From the NCBI GenBank assembly GCA_000708835.1, contig DF237391.1, forward strand, positions 1 through 64,000: DNA of 64,000 nucleotides. The letters run 5' to 3'. Each line of letters begins with the position of its first letter. Positions within the stretch are counted from its first letter, which is position 1. A model generated the notes under the pieces. That model searched no databases. It was not told the DNA's origin and saw only the letters and a list, made by a program, of their open reading frames with translations. The translations under genes were made by a program, and so were the position numbers. The stretch is from Klebsormidium nitens (taxonomy: Eukaryota; Plantae; Klebsormidiophyceae). Shown in pieces: positions 1 to 10,974 of this stretch.

Positions 1-294
1 GGAGAATTCGCAACTTGTTTTGGGTTACCCTATTGCACCTTTTGCAGTTAGGTAGGGTCCCGAACGAAAGTAGGGTCTACCGGTATCTCGGGTATCCGAC
101 TCTAGTAGGCGCAGCTGAGCATGCAGGCGAACTTCGATTGGGTTGGAAGCCAACTTCGAAGACGACGAGTGTAGAACTTCTCAGCACGAGCGAGCGTTGA
201 ATGAAACATGGTCCTTTGGAGCTCGCTGCGACACCCCTAAGGCTTCTGAAGGGGACTAGATGAGTGGGCCCTGACCTTGTCTGAGCGGGCTGCA

Positions 295-3200
295 ATGGCC
301 TTGCCTACAGCAAACACAATCCAAGTGCAAAGCCCCTCACCTGCTTTCTCCGCTTTCAAGAACCTGAAGGTTGGCAAAACGGTGGTAGCCAAAGGGGTGC
401 AGCCAGAAAGAGGCAGTCGGGTCAAGCACGGCCCAATGTTAGCTATGTCTGTCTCAAAACAGTCAGGGGTGGGGTTTGGAAAGCCTGTTTGTATATTCTG
501 CAGCAGATTGAAGGCTCGTCGCATTGGAGAGGACAATTGGGGATGGCCCGGACAGCATGCGTTGCAAGGGCCACAGTCTCTGCCTCTGAAAGCGCAAGTT
601 TCTGGGTTGTTTTCACATCGAAACGGCGTCGAATTGGAAATGCCAGGGTATGTTGTGCGGCCAGGCAGTCAGAGGCAAGTAGGCCGCAGTTCAACATCAG
701 TAGGATTGGATAGCGATAAAAGTGATTGGGCCGGAGGGCGAGCTGTTGGCTCAAGGAAATTTGCTGCTGGCGCCTCACAATCAGACGGCCACATCGGCCA
801 ACACGACTCACTTCCCAGTTCATCGGCGATTGATCAGCAAGGGCATTCGCATGGGGACCAATCGCACAGCAATGGATTTCAGCCTGTACAGAACGCCGCA
901 CAAATAGATGCGCTCGAGCACAAACGCGAACATGAGCACGGGCACCACCGACAAAATGAAAATGGATATGAACCCAGACATAATCGCAGTTACACTGAAG
1001 GGCATGCACAAGGTCACACGCACACTCATGATCACGCACACGGACACAGTCCTGAAAGTGACCACACACACGATCACGAACACGATCACGGACAAAAAGC
1101 TGGTCACTCGCATGGGCACGGGCATGAAAATGGCCATAGCCACAGCCACGGCGGTCACAGCCACGGCGGCGTCGAGGCCGTGCACGACCCGAACCGCCTC
1201 CAGGCTGCCATTCTGGCAATCGCGAAGGCCCTCCGATGGTACCAGCTCGCAAACTTCCTGCGGGAGAGTCTTCCGGTCGCGTTCGGAGCCAGCGCGCTGC
1301 TCCTGTGCTCGTTCCTCGTACCCCGGGTGCTGCCGACTGCCGTTGGGGCGAAGATTGGGACAGCGCTCGTAACGGCGGTGTTTGGGCTGATCGGGACGCC
1401 GGCGTTGCTGGACTCGATGGTCGATCTCGCGGGGGGGCATATCAACATCCACGTGCTTATGGCGTTGGCCGCGTTCGCGAGCGTTGCGATGGGGTCGCCG
1501 CTCGAGGGGGCGCTGCTGCTGTGCCTATTCACAGTTTCGCACGCAGGTGAGGAAGGTAGAGTGTGAGAATGGGGATATAGGGATCGAGGGCATTTGTCTG
1601 TGGAAAGACCAAGGGAAGCCAAGGGTTTAGATCTTGCCCGAGATGCGGAGATTCTTCTCATTACTCTTTGGTCGAGAAAACCCTGTGCAATGGAGGTCTG
1701 GGGATCAAGGGCGTTTGACTGAAAAAAAGCACCCGGAGGTCATTGAGGGTTCAGATCTGGCCTGAGAATAGGTCTCTGACTCTCCTCTGGAGAACCACTG
1801 TTAAAGGAGAATAGATGAGATAGAGGGCATCTTTCTCTTTAGGAAGATAGAGGAGAGCCGATGATTTAGATCTGGCCTTCACTGCCAGGACGCCTCTGAG
1901 TGCTTTCCAAATGCAAAGCCCAGGATCGACATCCAATTGTTGCTTGCAGCATGTGCCTGTCTGACCTGCTTCCCAGCCAGCCAGATCTAGGAAGCTTACT
2001 GCGTTGTACGAGAAGTCACCGCTTTACACTTTGGTGCCCCTTTGGCCCCCCGCCAATGTCACACACCCCTTCAGTCTCATTGTGCCATCAGATCAACACG
2101 GGGCTGATGTACCGGGCCCTTTCCCTGCAGCGGAGGATGCATTGATCGAGCGCGCGCAGACTGATGTCAGCGCACTGGAGGAGCTGTCCCCTGAGTCTGC
2201 TCTGGTGCTCTCATACTTCGATCCAGCTCACCCCCCTGCCATGAACGCCTTAGTCTCCAACCCAGTCCCTCTCAAGGTGAGCTCGAGAGCATTGTTAGGA
2301 ATCTTGAGAAAGCAGTCGTCTGTGTGATGCCGCGGTACTGTCCTGATGTTGTTTAATGAGTGCGCTGGTTCTTTCCAATACCTCTGTAGTGAGGGTGCGT
2401 CCGACTTTGTCAACTTCGACTTGATCCTCCCTCTCGATTGCTCGTATCAAGAGCCTTGTCATCCTCACTCAGTCTCACTCACTAAAAATGATGAGGAAAT
2501 TGACTTGCATGACTTGCATGTAACCAACAGAAGGACGTCATTGTTATTGGGGAATCCCTCTCACTGCTTCCAAACGTTCGAGATTGGTCCCGGCTCGGTT
2601 TCTGCTGCTCTGGCAGAGGACACGTTCCCACTAGCATTCCACGCTCTACATGCCAGCACGAACCTGACGAAAAAATTCCTTCCCCTTTTTTGAAGAAGCT
2701 CTCTCCACACTCTTTCTCAATCCTGACACGTCCCACTGCCCTCGCAGACAGTGGCACGGAACTCCTTTGTCCTGGTGCGGGCGGGGGAAACAGTTCCCCT
2801 GGACGGCGTTGTGGTGATGGGCAAGTCTACGTGCACTCTGGAGCACCTGACCGGGGAGTCCACCCCCGTGGTCAAGAAGAAGGGGGACTCGGTGCCCGGG
2901 GGCGCGCAGAACTTGGAGGGCCTGCTCATTGTCAAGGTGGGCCGAAACGCGTCTTGCTTTTCGGACTGGGTCGTCTGTGAAAAAAAGTTCGGCGACAGGG
3001 CACTCCTGTCGGACATAGGGGGACGGTCAGCCGATCAAGGACTTGCATAAGTGGAATCTGTGTTTGGTCGTCCAACTAACACAAAAGTCGGCAACAGGAG
3101 ATCAGCGGTTTTTGGGCTTTGATGATTTAGTACGTACGACGTGAATGATCAGCCGGCGTTTTGCGAATCTTTGGGCGGCCAAGTGTGCGTCACTTATTGG

Positions 3201-6200
3201 GCTTGGAAGCTTACGCAAGGCAAGAAAGCTTCTTCCAAAACAGTCAGGCGCTATTCTTAACCGTCGACAAGCCTTTTCTTCTCCTCCTCTAACCCTCGTC
3301 TAAACCCTTCTCCTCACCGTCTGCCAGGTCGAGAAGGTCTGGTCCGACAGCACCGTCGCGCGTATCGTTCGACTTACCGCCGAAGCCGCCGCCGGGCGTC
3401 CGAAACTCCAAAAGTGGGTCGACGAGTTCGGCGAGAAGTACAGCCAGGTCGTGGTGGTCCTCTCCGCTCTAGTTGGCATCCTGGGGCCGGTCCTCTTCGG
3501 GTGGCCGCTTTCCGGTCGGGGGGAGAGCCCCGGGGCGATCTACCGGGCGCTCGGGCTGATGGTCGCGATGTCGCCGTGCGCGCTCGCGGCCGCGCCGCTG
3601 TCGTACGTGGCTGGGATCAGGTGAGGGGCTGCCACGTGGCAATTAGACCTAAGCCTGCGCACTTAATTTCGATTCGCGGTTTTGTGCTTCCCAACGCTCT
3701 CTGTCGAGTCACCGAATGTGTAACTGACATCAATCGAAGGGCAACATAAGTCGCACGTGTCAGTCGGCCTCGCTTGATTTCTCGTCGAAATCTTGCGCCT
3801 CTGGCCTGCCGCACCCTCTCCTTTTCTTTTCACCTTCATGAGAAAAAACAAGCTACTTGTGGTTGGTGGCTGGAAGAAAGGTTGTCGCCGTGTGGTCATG
3901 TCTTGTCTGTCTTGTCTCAGCCTATGGGGCTCCACACCGTTTCTTTGTTATTCTCTGGAACTAAAGACACGTCATCTTCTCTCCAGCGCGTGCGCTCGCA
4001 AGGGCGTGCTACTGCGCGGCGGCCAGGCTTTGGACGCGCTCGCCCGCTGTGACACCGTCGCATTCGACAAGACTGGCACCCTGACTACAGGGGAACTCCG
4101 GTGTACGTCCATCCAGCTGCTACACGGGTATGCATCGGAAGAGACCGCGTCAGGCTCGCCGGCACATGGGGAGGCGCTGGCAGTGGCTGCCGCCCTAGAG
4201 CAAGTGAGGCGCTTGGTTGATCTAATCGTGAATTTCACGTCTTCGTTTCTGCAATGAGAGATAAAAGTTTGCGAATGTTACTCGTAAAGGTCGACAGCGT
4301 TTTAAGTTGACGGTGAAGAGTTGACAGGAGTCGATGAGGGCCTCCGCATTGTATTACGCGTCACTTTTTGGGCTGTGTTTCGAATCGCTTGAAGCGTCTG
4401 CTCGCTGACATTACCGTCATCCAGTAATGAGTTTCATTGAAGGAGAGGCGTCTACCGTCAGTATATGGTCACAACCTGTTATTGTTCGTGTTCTTAACCC
4501 AGTCATCCTTTTTTGAACCCGCAAACCTGACCCTTGAGTTGCGCCTAACCTACCGTTGACCCTGCAGGCCGCCACCCACCCAATCGCCCGGGCCGTTCTG
4601 GAGCACGCCCGGGGCAAGGCTCTTCCCAACGTCACTCTCGAGGACTTCCGAAACATCCCCGGGGAGGGCCTAACTGCCCGGGTTACCACGCTAACCGGGC
4701 AGCAGAAGACAGTCAAACTGGGCACCATTGAGTTTGTCTCGGAAGGGCTTGGCGCCGATGCAGCGGAAGGGTTAAGGAGGGCAGTGGAGCGAGAGGCGGA
4801 GAAGGGGAAGGAGTCGGTCATGGCGGCCATGTCGGTCGGGTCGAAGGTGGGTTAAGCATGATAAAGAGTTGGTCAGTGGTAGGATGAGCGCGAGTCAAGG
4901 GTCGGGTTTGCAGGTTTCCATGGCATGCTTCTGATCACTCTATGTTCGCTAATGAAAAGGAGTATACGGGTTGAGAGCACAAAAGGGGGCCAGGTGTTCA
5001 TCGGGGCCAAGTGGTCGTCGAATACGAATGTGGAGCAGCGAACACCAAGCATCATCTGAATGAACGTTGCACGCTTTGGTTGAAGGTGATTGACTGTTAA
5101 AGAGGGCGTGGCGATACGACAAAATAGCAGCGACAATAAGAGCGGGATTGCTGGTATTTGGTCGCTAAGATGTTACCACGTGGTCCTCAGTTGATGTCAT
5201 TTCTGGCGACGAAAATACCCGATATGCAGTGCTTTGTGTCGCTCTTGACGTCACTGCGGATGCATCCGCCAACGCCCTCTTTAACTTCTCCAGGTCAAAC
5301 CCTCGAAAGCGCAGATCAAGTTTCTCACCACGTTCTTCTAACCTGGTTCCTTGGGCCCCCCCGCAGGTCAGCCTGTTTCTGTTTGAGGACAAAGTGCGCC
5401 CGGCAGCCGCTGGCGTGATCGCGTTTCTGCGTGGCGTGACGCGGCTGCACACCGTCATGCTGACGGGGGACCACGAGGCGAGCGCCGCAAAGGTCGCGCG
5501 GGTCCTGGGGCTGGAAAAGAAGGACGTGTTTGCGGGGCTCAAACCAGAGGACAAGGTGGGGATTGCCTTCCCTGCTTTCTGGCTTGTCTGCTATGCGTTT
5601 ATTCAGTCTGTTTTTCAATCTTTGCTTGCTTGTTTGGTTCCTTGTCCCGTTGACTGATGATGATGATGATCGTTCTGCTTGTATCTCGTTCGTTCCTCCT
5701 TTGAGTTGTTGCGTAGACTCGCGACGTCGGCTTTCTGGATCACCGTTCCGCAGCTTTCAGTCATTAGCCGGCCGATTGCTTGGATCCTCGGCTCAATCTT
5801 CTAGCAGGTGCCCCGAGGTTCTATACACCGCTTGCCAATACTGGGTCAGTGCGCTCAGAAGAGTCACAGGAAAGTTGACTTACAATTCGTTGCCATTTGT
5901 CAAACAAAAAACAGCAAAGGATTCTCGTCAAGAATGATCACAAGGTCAAGGCGCCTCTAGCAGAACCTGCTTTTTCTAGAGTCATTCAACCCGACCCTCC
6001 CTTGCTGAAGCTCCGGCACATGGTATCCCTCTCCGCCTGGGACGGCAGGGGCGGCAGATCCGACCGCCTTTCATTGCTCAATTCAATTTAAAAATACAAA
6101 CGGAACCAGCTTAGATTTTGACCCGACCCTTCTTGCCGCAGCTCCGGCACGTGGTCGCCCTCTCCGCCCGGGGCGGCAAGTCGGGCGGGCTCATCATGGT

Positions 6201-6624
6201 CGGCGACGGCATCAACGACGCGCCCGCGCTGGCAGCGGCCACGGTGGGCGTGGTCCTCGCGGAGCGCGCGAGCGCCACCGCGACCGCGGCCGCGGACGTT
6301 TTGTTACTACAAGACGACATGGAGGGCGTTTCATTCGCGGTCGCGAAGGCGCGGCAGACGCTCGCGGTCGTGAAGCAGAGCATCTTCTTCGCGTTGCTGT
6401 GCATGTCGATCGCGGCGGTCCCGGCGGTATCAGGGATCATCCCGTTGTGGCTGACGGTGATCGTGCACGAGGGGTCGACCGTGCTCGTGTCGTTGAACGC
6501 GCTACGGGTGTTGCGGAACCCGAAGTGGCGGATCGAGGGGAACGGGAGTGACTCGGAGGAGAGTGAGGGAGAGGCAGGGGATGGGGTGGCGGTTGGAAAA
6601 GGGTACAACGCGGCCGTGGCTTGA
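295..6624 (+). CDS. HMA1: Heavy-metal P1B-type ATPase, HMA1-like (P1B-4), probably plastid-targeted; 8 exons
   Basis: Exons inferred from GT-AG junctions with consistent phase: 295-1546, 2131-2276, 2748-2936, 3328-3620, 3987-4203, 4568-4846, 5367-5555, 6142-6624. Motifs read directly: His-rich N-terminus, INIHVLMALAAF, VPLDG/EHLTGE (A domain), SPCALAAAP (SPC metal site typical of HMA1), FDKTGTLT (phosphorylation site), THPIARA, MLTGDH, MVGDGINDAPALA, VHEGSTVLVSLNALRVL. The plastid transit peptide is inferred from the Ser/Ala/Lys-rich N-terminus. Confidence 0.93.
5989..6190 (+). repeat. Tandem copy of the 3' splice site and start of HMA1 exon 8 inside the preceding intron
   Basis: ccgaccctcccttgctgaag|ctccggcacatggtatccctctccgcc (pseudo-exon start 6011) versus the true ccgacccttcttgccgcag|ctccggcacgtggtcgccctctccgcc (exon start 6142); offset 131 bp. 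Confidence 0.85.
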
Positions 6625-8306
6625 GGTGGATTGTTGGATTGGGTGATATGTTTGTGCGTTTTTGAGGGGAGAGGAAGGGAAAATAAGGTCAACAATAATC
6701 AGGTTGTTATCGGAGGTGGTTTTTCCATAGTACCTCTATTTCGAAGAAGAAAGCGAGGTCCTTTTGACGAAGCTATTACGCCTCAGATTGACGTTGTAAA
6801 TGTTTTTCACAGCCGACTGCTTCGAAAGTACGGTTCTTGCGTATTGGTCATGGGCAGGGATAAGACCCATTTCCGAGCATTGTCGTCCATGTGATGTTGG
6901 TGACGTGCCAATGCTTCATCATCAATATTGGTGACAACACCGCCATGCACGATGTGCGCGGTTAACAATTGCACTGATTTTACGTCTTGACGATTAGTGG
7001 ATACGGTATATATACCTAGACGATACGTTGTACCCCACTGACCATGGGCAAGCGGGCCCGTCCTTGGTGAAGCTACTGAGGGAGGTATGTTGTGCCTGCT
7101 CAACTTACATTTTGCATCGTCCAATACAATATCGACCGCGTTCAGCAACCAGGTTTAAACTCTAATCCAGATACATGGCCGCGGACGCCACTACTAAGAT
7201 GAAGTTGAGAAATGACCACACGTTGTCCGTAAGTAATCCACATCATGCTCTATGAAAAACGCCAATAGGTGCAATCACTACAGAGCTGGCAAGTAGCTTT
7301 GCATAAATCCCACAAACTAGCTGCTTCGTTGATAATCAGATTATTGAACTCGTCGACGAAGAATTCAGGACGGGTGAATCTCACCTCGATATTTCTTGCC
7401 AAAATTGCAGTGGTGCCCCATGATGCATGAGATGAATAAGCGTGGCGCCTGACTCTCCACGAGAAAATGATTTTGTGCGCGTCACTTTTAAGGGCATGGC
7501 CTCACAGCGTGCTCACAGCTGTGAACGCACAGTGCACAAATATTGAAGAGGATGACCATACCACACTCGAGCAACGTGACGCTTTTGGACATAGGTACTC
7601 ACCACCGCCAAAAATCCCACAGCGCTCGAAGTCAGCTTGTCGGAACGTCGCGTTGCTGCCACTGCATATGTAGGACAAGGACAAGGACTACACTATAGTA
7701 CTGGTGTATACAGATAGAGTGTACCTATACACAGTGTACCGTACCTATTCCGCAGGTTGTGGTCTTGTGGCCTTCATGGCCTCTTCATTGTGCCTACCGG
7801 CGCTAGCTGTCCTACATACCTATCCGATCCGGAATCTGACGGATTCGGAACATCGATTGTGGATTCGCAGAAGATGTGGCCAGCTCAGCTGCAGTATCGG
7901 TCACCACGTGGCAGTCAAACAGAGAATAAAGGGTGGCGTCACTAGGGTGCCAGCTGGCACTGCAAGCTGGCACGGCATTGCGAATTGCAATGCGCAAGAA
8001 GGCGCCCCTCTTTGCCTCTCCCTTCTAGGATAGGAGTCGGACTACCGTTCTTGTAATTACAAGCTTTCCTTCCTTCCTCCAACCTTTCAGCTTCAAGGTG
8101 CCCCACAAAGACCTTCGCACGACCCTTCCCATCTCATAGCGTTCAGTTTGAATACCTACAGTGGCATTTTACCAATTGATAGATCAACGCGATCACATTC
8201 CAGTAGAATCAGTCAGGAGAAAATCGCTCTTATTCTCCCAGAAGATCATCAATACTTTGCTGCAACCTCCTTCTGCAAACAGCTCCTACCATTCCGCTCC
8301 TGAGCA

Positions 8307-9726
8307 ATGACTGTGCAAGAAGTGGCGCAGGCAGAACGGCACCAAGGGCCCATTGCTCCTGCTGCAGAGATGGAGCAGATGCACTTGAGAGAAGCTCAGG
8401 GAGGCGCGGCTCCTCAGAGGCAGCAGACAGCACACACTGCTTCAGAAAATGTTCATCCAAAAGCAGGAGTTGCATCAGCTGTTGTTCCACAGACCGAAAG
8501 CCAAGCAGGGTCAAGCGTTCTGACTGGCGGCGCTGAGAGGAAGCTGGCGGAGCACAACGACTATGAGGAAGGCTTGCTCAGGGCTGCTCATGAAAAGAAG
8601 CGCGCGCACGAGGCGGAGGCGTTTTTGGCTGCTGAGACGAAGAAGGCGCAGGCTCTCGCGGCCAGGAAGGCGGCTGATGCAGATGCAGAGGTGAAGCTGG
8701 CGGCGGCGAAAGCGGCGGAGAAACTCGCCAAGACACAGGTAAAATCCTCGAATGTAAACAAAAGTTTTGCCCCATTGTGCAGGGCAGTCTTCTGCAGAAT
8801 GGAACTTTCAAGAAGTATCACAGACTCTAGGCGGTTTCTATGTCAGGGCAATTTGATGATGCAAGTTGATTTGTAAAGGGTTGAAGCGCATCACTTTCAT
8901 GTGACTTCAGCTGGCAGCCTCAGAAAATGTTGTTGCAGGAAACAATGTTTTCATGACTGCGTGTCAAATCTGGAATTGGTAAATCTGTGGATCTTCAACT
9001 CCATGGAAGTCAACAAACGAGTTTGACTGCATTAACTTCGCGTCGTTTCATCCATTGAGCACTATTCTGGGATGGTCTCAGTACCACTACAGTGCATTGT
9101 ACTGTATGCTACCGTTCTTGTTCGATAGCTGACCAGATTGAAGAGACCTACTCAGACAGCACGCTTAGTTCTATGTCAACGCTGATGGATCTCAACAAGT
9201 GTGGAAGAGTTAAGGCTTTCTTGCATTTCTTTGAGCTGCTATACTTGTACACACTGCTTCACATAAGCATTCAGCTGTCTGAGGAAAAGATATTGTCATC
9301 ATGTGCGGGGACTCCGGCTTTAGCATCAGCAACAGGGCGCGCGAGCGCTCCACGTGGAACATTTCTGTAGGAATGCCAAGGTGTGTTCACAGTGATACCT
9401 GTCCTTGACAACTCTTGACTATCAAGAAGTCCATGATCTGCACGTATCGGAGTCCTACGCAGATACTGCTTAAAAGCTGGTCTCATATCGTCCAATTTCC
9501 TCTGCAGTACAAACTGGAATTGAAGGTTGACAAGGCCCATGAAAAGTTCGAGAAGAAGGCGGCAATTGCAGTGGAACAAGCAGAGTTCAAAAAGGCAGCA
9601 GCGCAGGAACACGCAGAAGAGGAGATTGTCGCAGCGATGGAGAAGGCAGAGCACGTCCGGGCAGGCGAGGAGGTGTTGAAACCGTCGCTTGCACAGAAGA
9701 TAGGATTGAAGAAGAAGGACTTTTGA
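8307..9726 (+). CDS. Remorin-like protein (Remorin_C-like coiled coil), 2 exons, 216 aa
   Basis: Exons 8307-8738 and 9508-9726, phase 0, cag|GTAAAA ... tctgcag|TAC. The joined C-terminus AFLAAETKKAQ...AKAAEKLAKTQYKLELKVDKAHEKFEKKAAIAVEQAEFKKAAAQEHAEEEIVAAMEKAEHVRAG matches the recalled Remorin_C consensus spacing (AWxxxExxK ... KLE ... EK ... AE.KRA ... AE..R.xG) without gaps. The N-terminus is disordered. Confidence 0.72.
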
Positions 9727-10974
9727 GGAGTGACTGGAAGCTAAGCTCGCAAGTAGACAGGTAAAGGTGACTGCGATTGAACTTCTTACTATAGAGTCCA
9801 TATTATACAGGTTTAGATAAGTTACTGAAGGAGTTTGCAAAAAAGCATGTTGGGGGTGTCTTTGATCAGAATCATGACAATTGTCGAGCATTGCTCCTTA
9901 TTTACGACAGTCTTGTTGAATTTAATCTAACTGGATATTATGTGCATTGCAAGGTTGCACCACTCAGATCATTCATTATTGTCTCTACATGCTCCCATGA
10001 TGTAGTGACAGCCAATTCGCACCACTGCATTTATCAAGGGCTCTTGGGCAACTTGGAATTAGAAGGCTTCATGGGGACTTTGACATGGCGGGAAGCTTCC
10101 CGCCAAGTTTACTACAACGCTAGATAAGTGTACGTGCACGGCTCCGTTCAGTGCGCAGTCACCTGTTGAGTTAGTACGTTGTCGACTCTCGATTGAAGTC
10201 GTCGTACTCGAGATTGTAACGCTTACATGTTTGGCCTGAGGCTGCGGTCACCCTCCATTTGTCAGCTAGGAAATCCTTAACTTCAAATGGGCGGCCGCCC
10301 GCGCCGCACCATGAGCATTTACCACTGGCATATACGTACGTGCTAGCATCAAAGCTACACATTCTGGCAAGAGGAAGTGCATGTGACCGTCACAGTGACC
10401 GATCCTTCTCAAGGCATTCATCACCTCATCCAATTATAGTGCATGATGCAAACATCTCAGACCATGATCAATCTACAACATGATCAAACAAACTGAAGGG
10501 ATTTCTGATCCATAAACGAGTGGATTGCAGAACTTCTGAATCTTGATGAACTTGTACAGTAAGATACGTTAACTCAAGAGGTCGAGTGCACACGTCAGCT
10601 TTGTTTACAGCGGCTCCTAGGATATTATCATTATTGGGAGCCTCTGTCTTAGCCTTACTCCTGAGGAGCACTTGAAGTTTCTGCAAACTCGAACAAAAGC
10701 GGCTGCAACTTTTGATTGGCAGGGGGGTTTGTTGCACGCTGCTGAGGAGACCACTACCTGACAGGCGAACGGGCTGTGCCTAGGATCCTACAACCGGATA
10801 ACCTGAGCTCTGAGTCTGTCCTGACTAGCAACCGTATGCGCTCTGTGTTAACAAACGATGCTCACCGACATACATACAATGCTGTACCGCAGCCAGTACC
10901 TGAAGCGTGGGCTCACATTCTGCAAACACCGCACTCAACATCCGGAACTGATCTCGATTCCTTTCCTATAAGCG

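Noticed and set aside
443-1452. Long antisense and alternative-frame ORFs (269, 210 and 154 aa) over HMA1 exon 1
   Set aside because: They are shadows of a GC-rich, His-repeat coding strand, with no independent motifs.
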